From IMG/VR virus record IMGVR_UViG_3300048581_000044, positions 1 through 64,000 of that record: DNA of 64,000 bases; one strand, written 5' to 3'. Below are positions 16,273 to 25,652 of the stretch, piece by piece (the first letter of the stretch is position 1; every line of letters begins with the position of its first letter). Position numbers and translations under genes: made by a program. The DNA comes from a virus. Taxonomy: Duplodnaviria; Caudoviricetes. The notes under the pieces are model-generated. The model was not told the origin of the DNA, ran no database searches, and saw only the letters and a program-made list of their open reading frames with translations.

Positions 16273-16328
16273 TTGTATTTAACAGCTTTAGCACTGTGTT
16301 ACCTAAACCACACAGTCAAAGCTGTTGA
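16269..16328. terminator. Long two-part hairpin after the early block
   Basis: TTAACAGCTTT/AAAGCTGTTGA outer arms and ACTGTG/CACAGT inner arms. Confidence 0.5.
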
Positions 16329-16423
16329 ACTCTTGGCATAGGCCCTCATCCCCCAAGCTGTTAGACTCCTCTCAGCCGCAACCGCCTCCTCAGGCGCCCC
16401 TACACGGCCGATTGGAGTCTCCC

Positions 16424-16618
16424 ATGCCAGCCGTCCCCCTTTCCAAGCTCCCCGCCTCCAGCCTCGCCGCTGTGGACGAGGCGAACCGTTTGGTCTCAGC
16501 TGACAAGCGCGTGCCTGAGCCGCCTTTGTCTTGGAAACCTGGGGATGTGAGAGCTGGCCGGATGAGCCAGGGAGTCGAAGGGATCAAGACTCGTCTGGCT
16601 GAAGCTTTACGCGATTAG
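16424..16618 (+). CDS. Small hypothetical protein
   Basis: GGAG RBS before ATG 16424. Confidence 0.4.
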   Translation: MPAVPLSKLPASSLAAVDEANRLVSADKRVPEPPLSWKPGDVRAGRMSQGVEGIKTRLAEALRD

Positions 16619-17504
16619 GGCTCACACGCTCGTAAACCCATTCCCGAAACTTGTTCTTTTCAAAAACCAGCTCAATAACAGCATTCATCCGTTTGAGGTG
16701 GGCAAGATTGCTCTTTGCCTTGAGAAGCTTTTCCAAGATGTCTGATTGAGTTGTCGGCCATAAGGTGAAATCCGTCTCAGTTAATATCTTTTCCCACGGA
16801 TCGTCTCCATAAGCACAAAGCGATTCCATACCAGCTTTAGGCTGTTTAAAGGAAGCTTTGAATTTTGCTTTCCAAAGTGCCAGCTTTGCAGACCCGCGAT
16901 TGATCTCTGTTTCCTCACCATTGAAAACATTTTTCATTATTATTTTGTAGGTAACCGCTTTAACTGTAGCTAAGAAATCGATAACTCTAGCAATGTCGTC
17001 TGTATTATTTCTAGGAAAACGTATTCCATTAGGAAATCTTCCATCAAGTCTTTTGACTTCTACAGTTTTAATCTCAGGAACAGGAGCATCCGCAGGGAAG
17101 AGTCTTTTCCATTCGGCAAACACCGTTTCGTCAAGACGTTTCTTGTTTGTTAAAAAGCTAATGAAAGCTTTCAAACGGATAGAAGGGTGAAACCATTCTT
17201 TACGAAGCTTCCCAGGACGTAAAATCGATTTAACAGCGCTGCTTCTAAATTCTCCATGCACAAGCCCTTCAAACTCTACCGGAGCTGGAACACTCAAGAG
17301 TTCCTTAAGCTCCAAAACCGATCCTACTTGCAGCATGTCCAGCCGCAGCCGCGTTCTCGAACCTGTGAAGCCTATCTTCACACAGCCGGTGTAATCTCCG
17401 GCCTCCCCTTGCACTTGGATGAAATAAACAAAGCCCTGCAAACGTGCCCGGCGTTGGAGCTGTCTGGAGCCTTCTTTCATGGCCTCGATTCCTCTATGCT
17501 GCAC
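16584..17504 (-). CDS. GIY-YIG (T5orf172/MUG113-like) nuclease domain protein
   Basis: GFVYFIQ...VKIGFT...RLDMLQVG...EGLVHGEF...EWF. Confidence 0.75.
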   Translation of the reverse strand: MQHRGIEAMKEGSRQLQRRARLQGFVYFIQVQGEAGDYTGCVKIGFTGSRTRLRLDMLQVGSVLELKELLSVPAPVEFEGLVHGEFRSSAVKSILRPGKLRKEWFHPSIRLKAFISFLTNKKRLDETVFAEWKRLFPADAPVPEIKTVEVKRLDGRFPNGIRFPRNNTDDIARVIDFLATVKAVTYKIIMKNVFNGEETEINRGSAKLALWKAKFKASFKQPKAGMESLCAYGDDPWEKILTETDFTLWPTTQSDILEKLLKAKSNLAHLKRMNAVIELVFEKNKFREWVYERVSPNRVKLQPDES

Positions 17505-17519
17505 CGCAACATTACAAAC

Positions 17520-17900
17520 ATGTAATTTTGCCTCCCTTCATGCTGATTTCGAGCCTATGGTTGTACGCTATATATATAGATTCTATAATCTAGAGTCTGA
17601 TAAATATAATATAAGAGAGACAGGGAGACCACGAAATACACCATTGCTTTTATTGGGATTTTTGAAGCGATTGCCCGGCTCCCTTATGCCTCCCTTAGCC
17701 ATTTGCTGTGCAAGGGAGGCGACTTTTATGTAAATAAATCAAGCAGTTAAGTTTTAAGGCCACACGCGTACAACCGTATAAATCCCTGAAAATTGCCTTG
17801 TAAGCCATTGAAAGTGTTCAATTTTCCAAAACGAGAAAATCCAATGAAATCAATGGGGGCAAAATGCCTCCCATTGAAATTTTATTACCAAGGGAGGCAT
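17520..17900. repeat. AT-rich non-coding region with TGCCTCCCTT iteron-like repeats (candidate origin)
   Basis: Copies at 17529, 17687 and 17865 (variant); inverted copies at 17712 and 17890; AT-rich core at about 17565-17620. Confidence 0.5.
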
Positions 17901-17914
17901 AGCAATAATGGAGC

Positions 17915-19390
17915 CTATTTGCAGCGCCGAAATACGCGCTTTTTGGTCCCATCTTCGGCACGCAACTGCACGCGCTCCCACCCCAGATGCCTGAGTACAT
18001 CGGCAATGCGCTTTTGATCCCCACGGCTGCTCTGTGCCGGGTCGATCTCAAGCACCAAGTCCATGATCTCAGCGATGCTGACATGCTCGCGCTTTTCTAA
18101 AAACCGCGCAATGGCGTCTTCGTTAACGTCTTCTTCAAAGCGCTCTTCCTGCGCTTCTTCCGCTAGGGCCACGAGATCGGGGGAATCAAGCCACCACTTT
18201 TCCCCTGAATCAAATCTCGCCTTTGCCTCAGCCCAGAGCTGATCGCGGTTAGCGCGAAGTATCTCACGATCAACAAAATGACATCGTACCGGCCAAAAGC
18301 GTCGATTTCCTGTGGTGTCTCCCAAAGTCTCAAAGCGATTCGTTGTTGAAGCAAAGATACATTGTCGGGGGAAATCCCCAACTCCCCGCCCCCATGGCGG
18401 CCGATAGCGATCAACTGTTCGACTGATGAATGCCTTTTGAGACTCCCAGCTTTTCCCGCTTAACGCTGCAAGTTCGGAAAACTCGACAATCCACCGGCCA
18501 GCAAGGCCCATGGCAGCTTCCCGGCCGCCAACATCCCTAATTTCATCGCTAAACCATTGTGATTTGACAGCTAAGATTTCTAAAGCCGTGCCTTTACCAA
18601 TCCCTTGCCTTCCTTCCAATTGCAAAAGCGAATCAGCTTTGCATCCAGGCGTCATGATTCTAGCAACACCCGATATTAGATATTTCGCCCCGATAGCCGA
18701 ATGATAAGGCGTGTTATCCGCCCCCATAATCGTGTGAAGCCATTCGTGTATGCGCGGTTGCCTGTCCCATTTGAGCGCTGTTAGATAATTGCGAATAGGA
18801 TGAATAGGGTGTTCGCGTGCGGCAGCTTGAATCGCTTCGGCAGCGACAGAAATTCCAACATCGATGTTGTTCTTTTGAAGCCATTCGGTCCAAAGCCGGT
18901 CGTCCTGATCGGTCCAAGGACGGGCTTTCCAAGCTGCGGCTTCCTGCTCTCCCACCCATGGTGGGGCCTTTAACAGAAGCACAGCCAGCGCACAGGCGTC
19001 ATATTGAAGAATGCCCCGCCATTCAGAAGCGCGGCGGAGAGGGAGGAGTGCGTTGGCTAGGAGCTTGCGAATCGGTCCCTTGGTTCCCTTGCCAGAACGA
19101 AGGAGCTGGGATTTCCAGAGCGGGGCGATGGGCGTGAGAGGGGCTGGCGCGGACGCTGGAGGCGGGGAGCTGTCTGGGGTAGTGCTGGGAGCCTGAGAGG
19201 CTGGAGCGCTGTCTGTATCTGCCGCTGTGGCGGCTGGAGGCGTCTGATCAGCCTGCTTACTAGCTACCGGGAGCGCAATAACGCTAGCCGAACCAGCCGA
19301 AACAATCGAGGAATCATTAAAATCATCATCCGCCCCTTGTACATTAACGCCGTCTCCTGCGTTAGCAGAAGCATCGTTATTTGCTGACAT
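17915..19390 (-). CDS. VapE/VirE-family P-loop helicase (SF3-like) without a primase domain
   Basis: LEGRQGIGKGT, WIVEFSEL, RPPWGR...FPRQCIFASTTN...DTTGNRRFWPV; low-complexity N-terminus. Confidence 0.85.
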   Translation of the reverse strand: MSANNDASANAGDGVNVQGADDDFNDSSIVSAGSASVIALPVASKQADQTPPAATAADTDSAPASQAPSTTPDSSPPPASAPAPLTPIAPLWKSQLLRSGKGTKGPIRKLLANALLPLRRASEWRGILQYDACALAVLLLKAPPWVGEQEAAAWKARPWTDQDDRLWTEWLQKNNIDVGISVAAEAIQAAAREHPIHPIRNYLTALKWDRQPRIHEWLHTIMGADNTPYHSAIGAKYLISGVARIMTPGCKADSLLQLEGRQGIGKGTALEILAVKSQWFSDEIRDVGGREAAMGLAGRWIVEFSELAALSGKSWESQKAFISRTVDRYRPPWGRGVGDFPRQCIFASTTNRFETLGDTTGNRRFWPVRCHFVDREILRANRDQLWAEAKARFDSGEKWWLDSPDLVALAEEAQEERFEEDVNEDAIARFLEKREHVSIAEIMDLVLEIDPAQSSRGDQKRIADVLRHLGWERVQLRAEDGTKKRVFRRCK

Positions 19391-19793
19391 GTTCCACAAC
19401 CCGGCTCTGTTAGAAGCCCTTCCCGGCTGAGGCCATGGAGCGGGGGCTTAAGGGAAAAGTGCTGTTGAATGGTTGACTGTGAAGGGTTTAGCGTGAAGGG
19501 CAAGCGGGATTTTGACGCGGGGAGGCTTTTAATTTCTTGACAGGTGGAGAGTCCTAAACAGGCGCTTTTGGTCCTGTCTTGAGAGATTTTGACTTGCATG
19601 CGCCGTGATTCCAGAGATGGGAATTTCGGCGTTTCAGTTCGGCGTCATATTGATTAGCGAGGATTTGTAGACAAAGTGATTCTAGCCTATCTGCCGTACA
19701 TGTTGCCCGTTGCAGATAAGCATTGCGCACGTCACTAAGTTCTGGAATTGTTAAGTCAGTGGGGCATTTTAAAGCAGGCATCGAAAACTCCTC

Positions 19794-20102
19794 ATGCACA
19801 CAAAGCAAACAACTAAACACGCTAATAAAAAGCCAGCCTTCAACAAGCCAGTCTCACGCCCAATCCCTTACATCGCTATTGGCCAAATCTGGAAAGAAAG
19901 CGATCCAAAGCTCTCACGTTTTGTCCAAGTAGCTGGCGTTTTTCCATCCATAAACCAAGTCGCGCTTCAAACAGTCGAGCTGATCGATGGTGTTTGGCGT
20001 GTGAAGCGTAAGGATTTTCAAAGCCGTTCGGACATGAAACGCTTTAATAATGCAAATCGTGGGTTTATGCTGGTACAGGACACTGAAGAGATTCCATTTT
20101 AA
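19794..20102 (+). CDS. Hypothetical protein
   Basis: 102-aa ORF divergent from the helicase. Confidence 0.55.
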   Translation: MHTKQTTKHANKKPAFNKPVSRPIPYIAIGQIWKESDPKLSRFVQVAGVFPSINQVALQTVELIDGVWRVKRKDFQSRSDMKRFNNANRGFMLVQDTEEIPF

Positions 20103-20112
20103 AGAAGCGGCC

Positions 20113-20304
20113 TCATTTCTCAGTTTCTGGCGCTGTCGCCATCAGTTCAATTCTTGGCTTCACACCAAGCGCCCAGCAAAATTGCGCTACAAGCTGCAAG
20201 CTGCCAGCCTCATTCACTGCTGGAGCTTTGCCGCCATAGGATTCAATTACCTGAACCATGCGGGCATATAGCTTTTCCGGCTGGCTTATTGGGCGGTCTT
20301 CCAT
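20113..20304 (-). CDS. Small hypothetical protein
   Basis: ORF track entry, resolvase-flanking block. Confidence 0.5.
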   Translation of the reverse strand: MEDRPISQPEKLYARMVQVIESYGGKAPAVNEAGSLQLVAQFCWALGVKPRIELMATAPETEK

Positions 20305-20311
20305 TGCGGCT

Positions 20312-20557
20312 TCAATTCTTCAAAGCGTTGTCGATGAACTTGCCGAGGTCGGTATCCATGTCGGCACCGTCTATGATGGCGTGTTCAATCATCTGCCCGC
20401 GAATGAATGCACGGCAGGTCTTCAGCGCAGCCCGCAGCATCTCAATCTTTTTGATCTGCTCTGCCGCCTCAGCAATCGTCGCCTGCTGTGATGGGTTTGC
20501 GAACGGCAGAATGGCGCGAAGATCATCGTATAGCGGCATGGACGGCCCTATCTGCAC
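20312..20557 (-). CDS. Small hypothetical protein
   Basis: ORF track entry, resolvase-flanking block. Confidence 0.5.
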   Translation of the reverse strand: MQIGPSMPLYDDLRAILPFANPSQQATIAEAAEQIKKIEMLRAALKTCRAFIRGQMIEHAIIDGADMDTDLGKFIDNALKN

Positions 20558-21054
20558 GGAACGGGTTGAACGTCATACGGCACATAAAGCGGGTGTTCCG
20601 GCTTCCCACTCTTGACCGTCAGTCTTAGCGCCTTCGGAACGATGGACCAACTATCCAACCATCCCAAAACGGTGCACTCCTGACCCATGTACGAGCCGTT
20701 AGCGCCCCATGCGCAGATTACCAAGCCGCCGTTCTTCGCCGCGCGCTCGCACATCCACGCTAGATGATCGTGGTTGTCCGGCCCGACCGGGTCATGGGCG
20801 CGCATCATGTCCTTCGGATCGGTGGCACGTACGGCGAACAGGTTGCCGACGTAGATGCCGCCCATGTTCCAGAGGCGCGCGAAGCCCATGCACTTTCGAA
20901 TCGTCGGATCGTCAATGTTGGCGTCTGCCGTGCTGGGGTTGAGCATGATGAACGTTGCTTCCGGCAGCGCGTCATCCCAATGCCGGGACAGCCGATAGCG
21001 GTACTTGCCATCCTCGGAGAGTGTAGCTTTGCGGTCCAGAAGTAAATCAAGCAC
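20548..21054 (-). CDS. DUF1643 family protein
   Basis: ATLSEDGKYRYRLSRHWD...FIMLNPSTADANIDDPTIRKC...GNLFAVRATDP. The likely start is GTG 21054. Confidence 0.8.
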   Translation of the reverse strand: MLDLLLDRKATLSEDGKYRYRLSRHWDDALPEATFIMLNPSTADANIDDPTIRKCMGFARLWNMGGIYVGNLFAVRATDPKDMMRAHDPVGPDNHDHLAWMCERAAKNGGLVICAWGANGSYMGQECTVLGWLDSWSIVPKALRLTVKSGKPEHPLYVPYDVQPVPCR

Positions 21055-21064
21055 GAGCCGGCCT

Positions 21065-21436
21065 CTACTGTTTGAGTGCGTCGTTTGCGATTTCGATAGC
21101 TTCGTCCAGCGGCTCCCCGGCCTCGCTATCAGCGAGATCAGCGATCTTCTGGAGCGCGCGCCGCAACTTACCGCGCTGCTCGATGATGCCATCCGTATCC
21201 AGGGGAAACGCTTCGACCTCATGAATGGCCGCGGCCCACGCATCGCGGATTGACTGTGCCGCGCTTTCCATCATGACGCGCCCGAAATGCTTCTGCTCGA
21301 TGCCGTTGGTGATCTTCACTTCGGGGAATATCTCCGGCGCATAGGTCTCAAGCATGATTGCCGTCTGCTCTAGTCCCCGCAATGATCGGATTGCGGCGAG
21401 CGCACTGGCTTCCTTGAATTTTTCCGTCACGGTCAT
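21065..21436 (-). CDS. Hypothetical protein
   Basis: AGGAG RBS; 123 aa. Confidence 0.6.
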   Translation of the reverse strand: MTVTEKFKEASALAAIRSLRGLEQTAIMLETYAPEIFPEVKITNGIEQKHFGRVMMESAAQSIRDAWAAAIHEVEAFPLDTDGIIEQRGKLRRALQKIADLADSEAGEPLDEAIEIANDALKQ

Positions 21437-21564
21437 AGAAGACTTCTCCTGAAGAAAGCGGGCGGCGGACTAAGTCCCTACCTTCTAAGGTTCCCACCGG
21501 GTGCTGGCTGCCTCGCGAGCAGTATCAGACCGCTCTTCATGTATTCGACGCAGCCTATGTACGC

Positions 21565-21582
21565 GCCGATTTTGAAATCGTC
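21565..21582. promoter_or_regulatory. Candidate res crossover site
   Basis: CGATTT-TG-AAATCG palindrome with a 2-bp centre, upstream of the resolvase. Confidence 0.4.
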
Positions 21583-21660
21583 AAGTGCCGTTCAATAATT
21601 CAGTCAATAACTGTCAGAAATGGCCTTGACGTAATCCTTGCAAAATTCTACAAGTCGCTG

Positions 21661-22344
21661 ATGCAAAGAACGGCCCAACCCCTAGAACTTGCCCCGCCGA
21701 CGCCAGCCGAGGAAGTCGGCTATTGGCGCATCTCGACCGGTCGGGATCAATTCCCGGACATGCAGATTGCCGCCATGAAGGCGCGCGGCATCCCTGACGC
21801 CAATATCTTCGGCGACGTGAAGTCTGGCCGCAAGGCGAAGCGCCCCGGCTTGGAGCGCGCCCTACGGCTCATGGCTGGCCGTCCTGGCTGGTCTCTGGTC
21901 GTATGGAAACTTGACCGGCTTGGTCGCGACACGTTGGAACTCTACCGGCTCATGCAGGAGTTTGAGGCCGAGGGCTGGAACCTCGTTAGCATGACGCAGA
22001 ACCTCGACACGAGATCGGCGATGGGAAAGGCGTTTTTCGGAATGCTGGCCGTGTTCGCACAGTTCGAGAGTGACACCACGAAAGAGCGCACGGCGGCCGG
22101 TATGGCCCAGGCCAAACTGAACGGCTCACAGGTCGGTGCAAAGTCGAAGCTGACGCCCAAGCAATTCGAGCAGGCCGAAAAGCTCTTGCTGTCGCCGCGC
22201 GGGCACCCGCTATCGGTCAACGCAATCGCGCGGCGCTTCGGGGTGTCTGCCGGAACCATTCACAACAACTTCCCGCAGTGGCGGCTTAAGACCGTCGCTG
22301 AACGCAAGCAGTGGCGGCGTGAAAACCCGCTGCCGAAACAATGA
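21661..22344 (+). CDS. Small serine recombinase (resolvase/invertase family) with C-terminal HTH
   Basis: YWRISTGRDQ (catalytic Ser), VWKLDRLGR, AQFE...ERTAAG, HTH AIARRFGVSAGTI. Confidence 0.92.
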   Translation: MQRTAQPLELAPPTPAEEVGYWRISTGRDQFPDMQIAAMKARGIPDANIFGDVKSGRKAKRPGLERALRLMAGRPGWSLVVWKLDRLGRDTLELYRLMQEFEAEGWNLVSMTQNLDTRSAMGKAFFGMLAVFAQFESDTTKERTAAGMAQAKLNGSQVGAKSKLTPKQFEQAEKLLLSPRGHPLSVNAIARRFGVSAGTIHNNFPQWRLKTVAERKQWRRENPLPKQ

Positions 22345-22355
22345 GGAGCGAAGCG

Positions 22356-22508
22356 ATGGTCTACTATGTTCCGAGAGTGTCAGCAGCTGAGTTCGATGAC
22401 CTATTGGTCGCGCTTGGCACCATGACTGAGAAAGAGCGCGAGACCCGCGCATGGGATCGCATTTTCGCCAACATGACGCGCCGCGCTCGCGGCCTGCGTC
22501 GGATTTGA
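22356..22508 (+). CDS. 50-aa hypothetical protein
   Basis: Hand translation MVYYVPRVSAAEFDDLL...; GAGGAG RBS. Confidence 0.5.
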   Translation: MVYYVPRVSAAEFDDLLVALGTMTEKERETRAWDRIFANMTRRARGLRRI

Positions 22509-22517
22509 GGAGCGGCC

Positions 22518-22736
22518 ATGAGCGACACGATGGTTATGTGGTACGGCGGCATTGGGATCATCGCTGCTATTCTCGCGATGTTTATGCAGGGCGACCGGCA
22601 TAACGGAACCTACGTGATCGAAGAAGAGGGGGTTGGGTTCACCGCGATGTTTGCCTTTGTCGCATGGCCGCTTATCGTCTTCGGTATTATTTTACTTTGT
22701 ATCGTTGCGCTACGTGAGTGCTTTCGTCACCAATAG
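22518..22736 (+). CDS. Two-TM membrane protein
   Basis: Two hydrophobic helices; GAGGAG RBS. Confidence 0.6.
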   Translation: MSDTMVMWYGGIGIIAAILAMFMQGDRHNGTYVIEEEGVGFTAMFAFVAWPLIVFGIILLCIVALRECFRHQ

Positions 22737-22870
22737 AAGAGGAGTTTGAATTGCGTCCGTCCACTGGCAACAGTGCAACATCCCGACCTGAACCAACAGG
22801 CGGCGCCGGATCATGCGGTGCACCGCACCCGGCGGGGCGCATCTATTTTACCAATTTATGAGGAGTGGCC

Positions 22871-23083
22871 ATGCTAAACGCTGATAAGATGGAAGATGCG
22901 CTACGATCAATCGAAACGTGGTCGCGCGCATATCCGCTTGCAGTTTTCCCTGAGCCAGATTTTGCGAAGGCTGAGGCATTACTTAAAGCGGGTGGCATGT
23001 CGCTAGACATCCTAAGCGCTAGCAACATGCGTCACGTCATCAGCACTGTCGGGAAGATTGCCCGTAACGGACTATCGGATTGA
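22871..23083 (+). CDS. Hypothetical phage protein
   Basis: GAGGAG RBS; WSRAYPLAVFPEPD. Confidence 0.6.
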   Translation: MLNADKMEDALRSIETWSRAYPLAVFPEPDFAKAEALLKAGGMSLDILSASNMRHVISTVGKIARNGLSD

Positions 23084-23094
23084 GGAGAGAACCA

Positions 23095-23286
23095 ATGCAG
23101 TGGTTTCTTATTTTATACGTAACCGTTTGCGTTCCATATCAAACAGAGCAGTGTGCTGGCGCCGCGCAGATGGTTCGTATTGAAATGCCGTCGCGAGAAG
23201 TCTGTGAACAAATCGCAGCAGTAAACAAAGATCACCTGCCCGAGTGTTGGGCGCAGATTATTCCCACTGCGAAGACAGAAAACTGA
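23095..23286 (+). CDS. Small exported Cys-rich protein
   Basis: Hydrophobic N-terminus and 4 Cys. Confidence 0.5.
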   Translation: MQWFLILYVTVCVPYQTEQCAGAAQMVRIEMPSREVCEQIAAVNKDHLPECWAQIIPTAKTEN

Positions 23287-23295
23287 GGAGCCGCT

Positions 23296-23967
23296 TTGAA
23301 CCTTCTCACAAACATCGTTGAGAGTAGGCCGGATAGCGTCATGCTTGCGCGCGATCCAGAAGTTTTGCGCACGATGCTAGACTTCTACGCGTGGCCAACG
23401 GCTAGAGTTCTGGACGTAACCGCCAATGAGCGTCGCATGTGGCGCGGGGTCGGGTGGCCGTCCGTGACATATGCCGACATCGACCCGCAGATGAATCCGG
23501 ACATCATCGCTGACTTTCGCGCGCTTCCGGTAGAAAACGAATCTTATGATGTGATTGTTTTTGATCCGCCACACCTTCCGGCTGCGGCATCTAGCCCGGA
23601 GTCGGATCAGGCGTTCGTCGGGCGGTTTGGGCTTGGGTATTCCCCGCACGCGGACAATATCTCAGAATACTTCGCGCCGTTCTTGGCTGAGGCTCACCGT
23701 GTGCTCACCACTGACGGGCTGGTCTTCGCGAAGCTCAAAGACTTCGTTCACAATCACGCCTACCAGTGGACGCTGACAGACTTTATTGGTGCCGTGCGGG
23801 TGCAGCCGGGATTAACAGCCTGTGATTTGATTGTGAAGCGTGATCCGAGCGCCGGGAATATGAAGTCGTCCAAGTGGCAGAAGGCGCACCATGTCCGCAA
23901 CGCACATTGTTGGTGGATAGTAGTCCGCAAAGGCCGGTGCGAATCTCGCAGACCGGAACACAGATGA
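23296..23967 (+). CDS. Amino (N6A/N4C-type) DNA methyltransferase-like protein
   Basis: VLDVT, ADFRALP, VIVFDPPH. Confidence 0.72.
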   Translation: MNLLTNIVESRPDSVMLARDPEVLRTMLDFYAWPTARVLDVTANERRMWRGVGWPSVTYADIDPQMNPDIIADFRALPVENESYDVIVFDPPHLPAAASSPESDQAFVGRFGLGYSPHADNISEYFAPFLAEAHRVLTTDGLVFAKLKDFVHNHAYQWTLTDFIGAVRVQPGLTACDLIVKRDPSAGNMKSSKWQKAHHVRNAHCWWIVVRKGRCESRRPEHR

Positions 23968-23979
23968 GGAGCACTGGCC

Positions 23980-24264
23980 GTGAGTGGACAACCTGAGCCA
24001 ACGACGATTAGCAAGGTTAGGCAAGCCCTCGTCCGTGAGGCGGACATAGAGGATCGGCTGCGCGAGCTTGCGGAGATGACCAATAGGATCAAACAGGAGT
24101 GCCAGTCACTCAGCGATGAACGGTCTGTCCTGCGCAAGGAGCGCTGGGAGATGATGAGCCGCATGGACCTGACGTCATCGGGAAACTATGGATACGAGAG
24201 GCGCACAGACGTGTTTCTGATGGAACTGGTCAAGCCAATCGTTCCACAAACACCAACAACTTGA
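23980..24264 (+). CDS. Coiled-coil hypothetical protein
   Basis: ORF track entry; GAGGAG RBS. Confidence 0.55.
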   Translation: MSGQPEPTTISKVRQALVREADIEDRLRELAEMTNRIKQECQSLSDERSVLRKERWEMMSRMDLTSSGNYGYERRTDVFLMELVKPIVPQTPTT

Positions 24265-24273
24265 GGAGTGCCC

Positions 24274-24804
24274 ATGATCTTAGCAGCGACAGGACATCGT
24301 CCTGATAAGCTTAATGGCTTTAGCGATTCAGCCTTCAACGCCTTAGTCACACTTGCCACCGCTTATCTAACACACCACAAACGAACAGTCATAGGCACAA
24401 TTGATAGCACAATCTCAGGCATGGCTCTTGGTTGGGACCAAGCTTGGGCGCAAGCGTCTTTCGACTGTGGCATTCCCTTTACGGCTGCCGTTCCTTTCTT
24501 TGGGCAAGAATCACGCTGGCCGTTAAAATCCCAAGCAGCTTATCAAGCTCTTTTATCTAAGGCTTCTAATATTGTTTATGTCTGTTCTCCTGACTATGCG
24601 GCTTGGAAAATGCAACGACGCAACGAATGGATAGTTGATCACTGTGACCGTCTTGTTGCTCTCTGGGATGGTGGGGAAACTGGCGGTACGGCAAACTGCA
24701 TCCGTTATGCACAAGAGCAAGGCCGTGAGATCGTTAATCTTTGGCCGAAGTTCGAAAAAATTAGCAAATCTGCTCAAGAGTGCTTGCTATTCCCAAAGCA
24801 ATAG
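24274..24804 (+). CDS. SLOG-superfamily YspA/DUF1273-like protein
   Basis: TGHRP, SGMALGWD, RRNEWIVDHCD, WDG...GGTANC. Confidence 0.85.
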   Translation: MILAATGHRPDKLNGFSDSAFNALVTLATAYLTHHKRTVIGTIDSTISGMALGWDQAWAQASFDCGIPFTAAVPFFGQESRWPLKSQAAYQALLSKASNIVYVCSPDYAAWKMQRRNEWIVDHCDRLVALWDGGETGGTANCIRYAQEQGREIVNLWPKFEKISKSAQECLLFPKQ

Positions 24805-24843
24805 CCTATATGGCTATTAACGAATTTCAAAACGAGGTTTCCA

Positions 24844-25311
24844 ATGACTCAAATGCTTATCGGTCAGAGCTTCACGAGATTTTCGAAAGAAGAGCTTGAG
24901 AAGTTATTCGGTGGTTGGAATAGCTGCCCGCTCAATATCGAGAAAGCCACAGCGAACGATTTTAACACGTTGCTCATGCGAGATCACGGCTTTACGGTTT
25001 TGCAGCGACAGCCTTATGTTGATGGAAAGCTTTGGATTGAGCGTCGTGAGATTGTTCCGGTTACTAGCTATCATCCAGGCACCTCTCTTCTCTCTAACGT
25101 CAAGCTCTTCGTCGCGCCTGATCTTTCGGGAATCATGGCCGTGTTTATCACGGGGTGGAGCAACGTATATAAAGACCAGCACTTTGAACCGTTCTTCTTC
25201 AAATTCCAGCAATGTTTGCATGAAGTTGAGACGGTTCAGACAGGCCGCTGCCTGACACGTTCGACTTGCAAGCTCTGCGGGTTTTCGACTGAAGTTGATT
25301 CGGGAGATTGA
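24844..25311 (+). CDS. Hypothetical protein
   Basis: GAGG RBS; 155 aa. Confidence 0.55.
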   Translation: MTQMLIGQSFTRFSKEELEKLFGGWNSCPLNIEKATANDFNTLLMRDHGFTVLQRQPYVDGKLWIERREIVPVTSYHPGTSLLSNVKLFVAPDLSGIMAVFITGWSNVYKDQHFEPFFFKFQQCLHEVETVQTGRCLTRSTCKLCGFSTEVDSGD

Positions 25312-25639
25312 TTTAATGCAAACCCGTACTCTCCGCTGGTACGAACGCTGCCAGTTACAGCTTAGTCTCAATTTCCAGCTAGTGCCGTCAAAGGACATGA
25401 GCTTAAAGGAATGGGCCTTTTCCCCATACTTCGGGATAACGAAGCCAAAGCAGCAAATCACTACGCGTTTTCAGCTACCAGAAGGTACAAGCTATTCAGT
25501 CGATACGCTTAGTGTCGGGGAAGGGCCTGATAAAAAGTTCTATTCAAATGTCTTTTGGATTCGCGGCGCCGTGCGTGTGCTTGGGCTCGATGTAGGGGCT
25601 GGGTTTTTCTGGCGTGTTAAGCAAAGTGTAAAAGTTTAA
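25295..25639 (+). CDS. Hypothetical protein
   Basis: ORF track entry. Confidence 0.45.
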   Translation: MIREIDLMQTRTLRWYERCQLQLSLNFQLVPSKDMSLKEWAFSPYFGITKPKQQITTRFQLPEGTSYSVDTLSVGEGPDKKFYSNVFWIRGAVRVLGLDVGAGFFWRVKQSVKV

Positions 25640-25652
25640 GGAGAACAAAACC

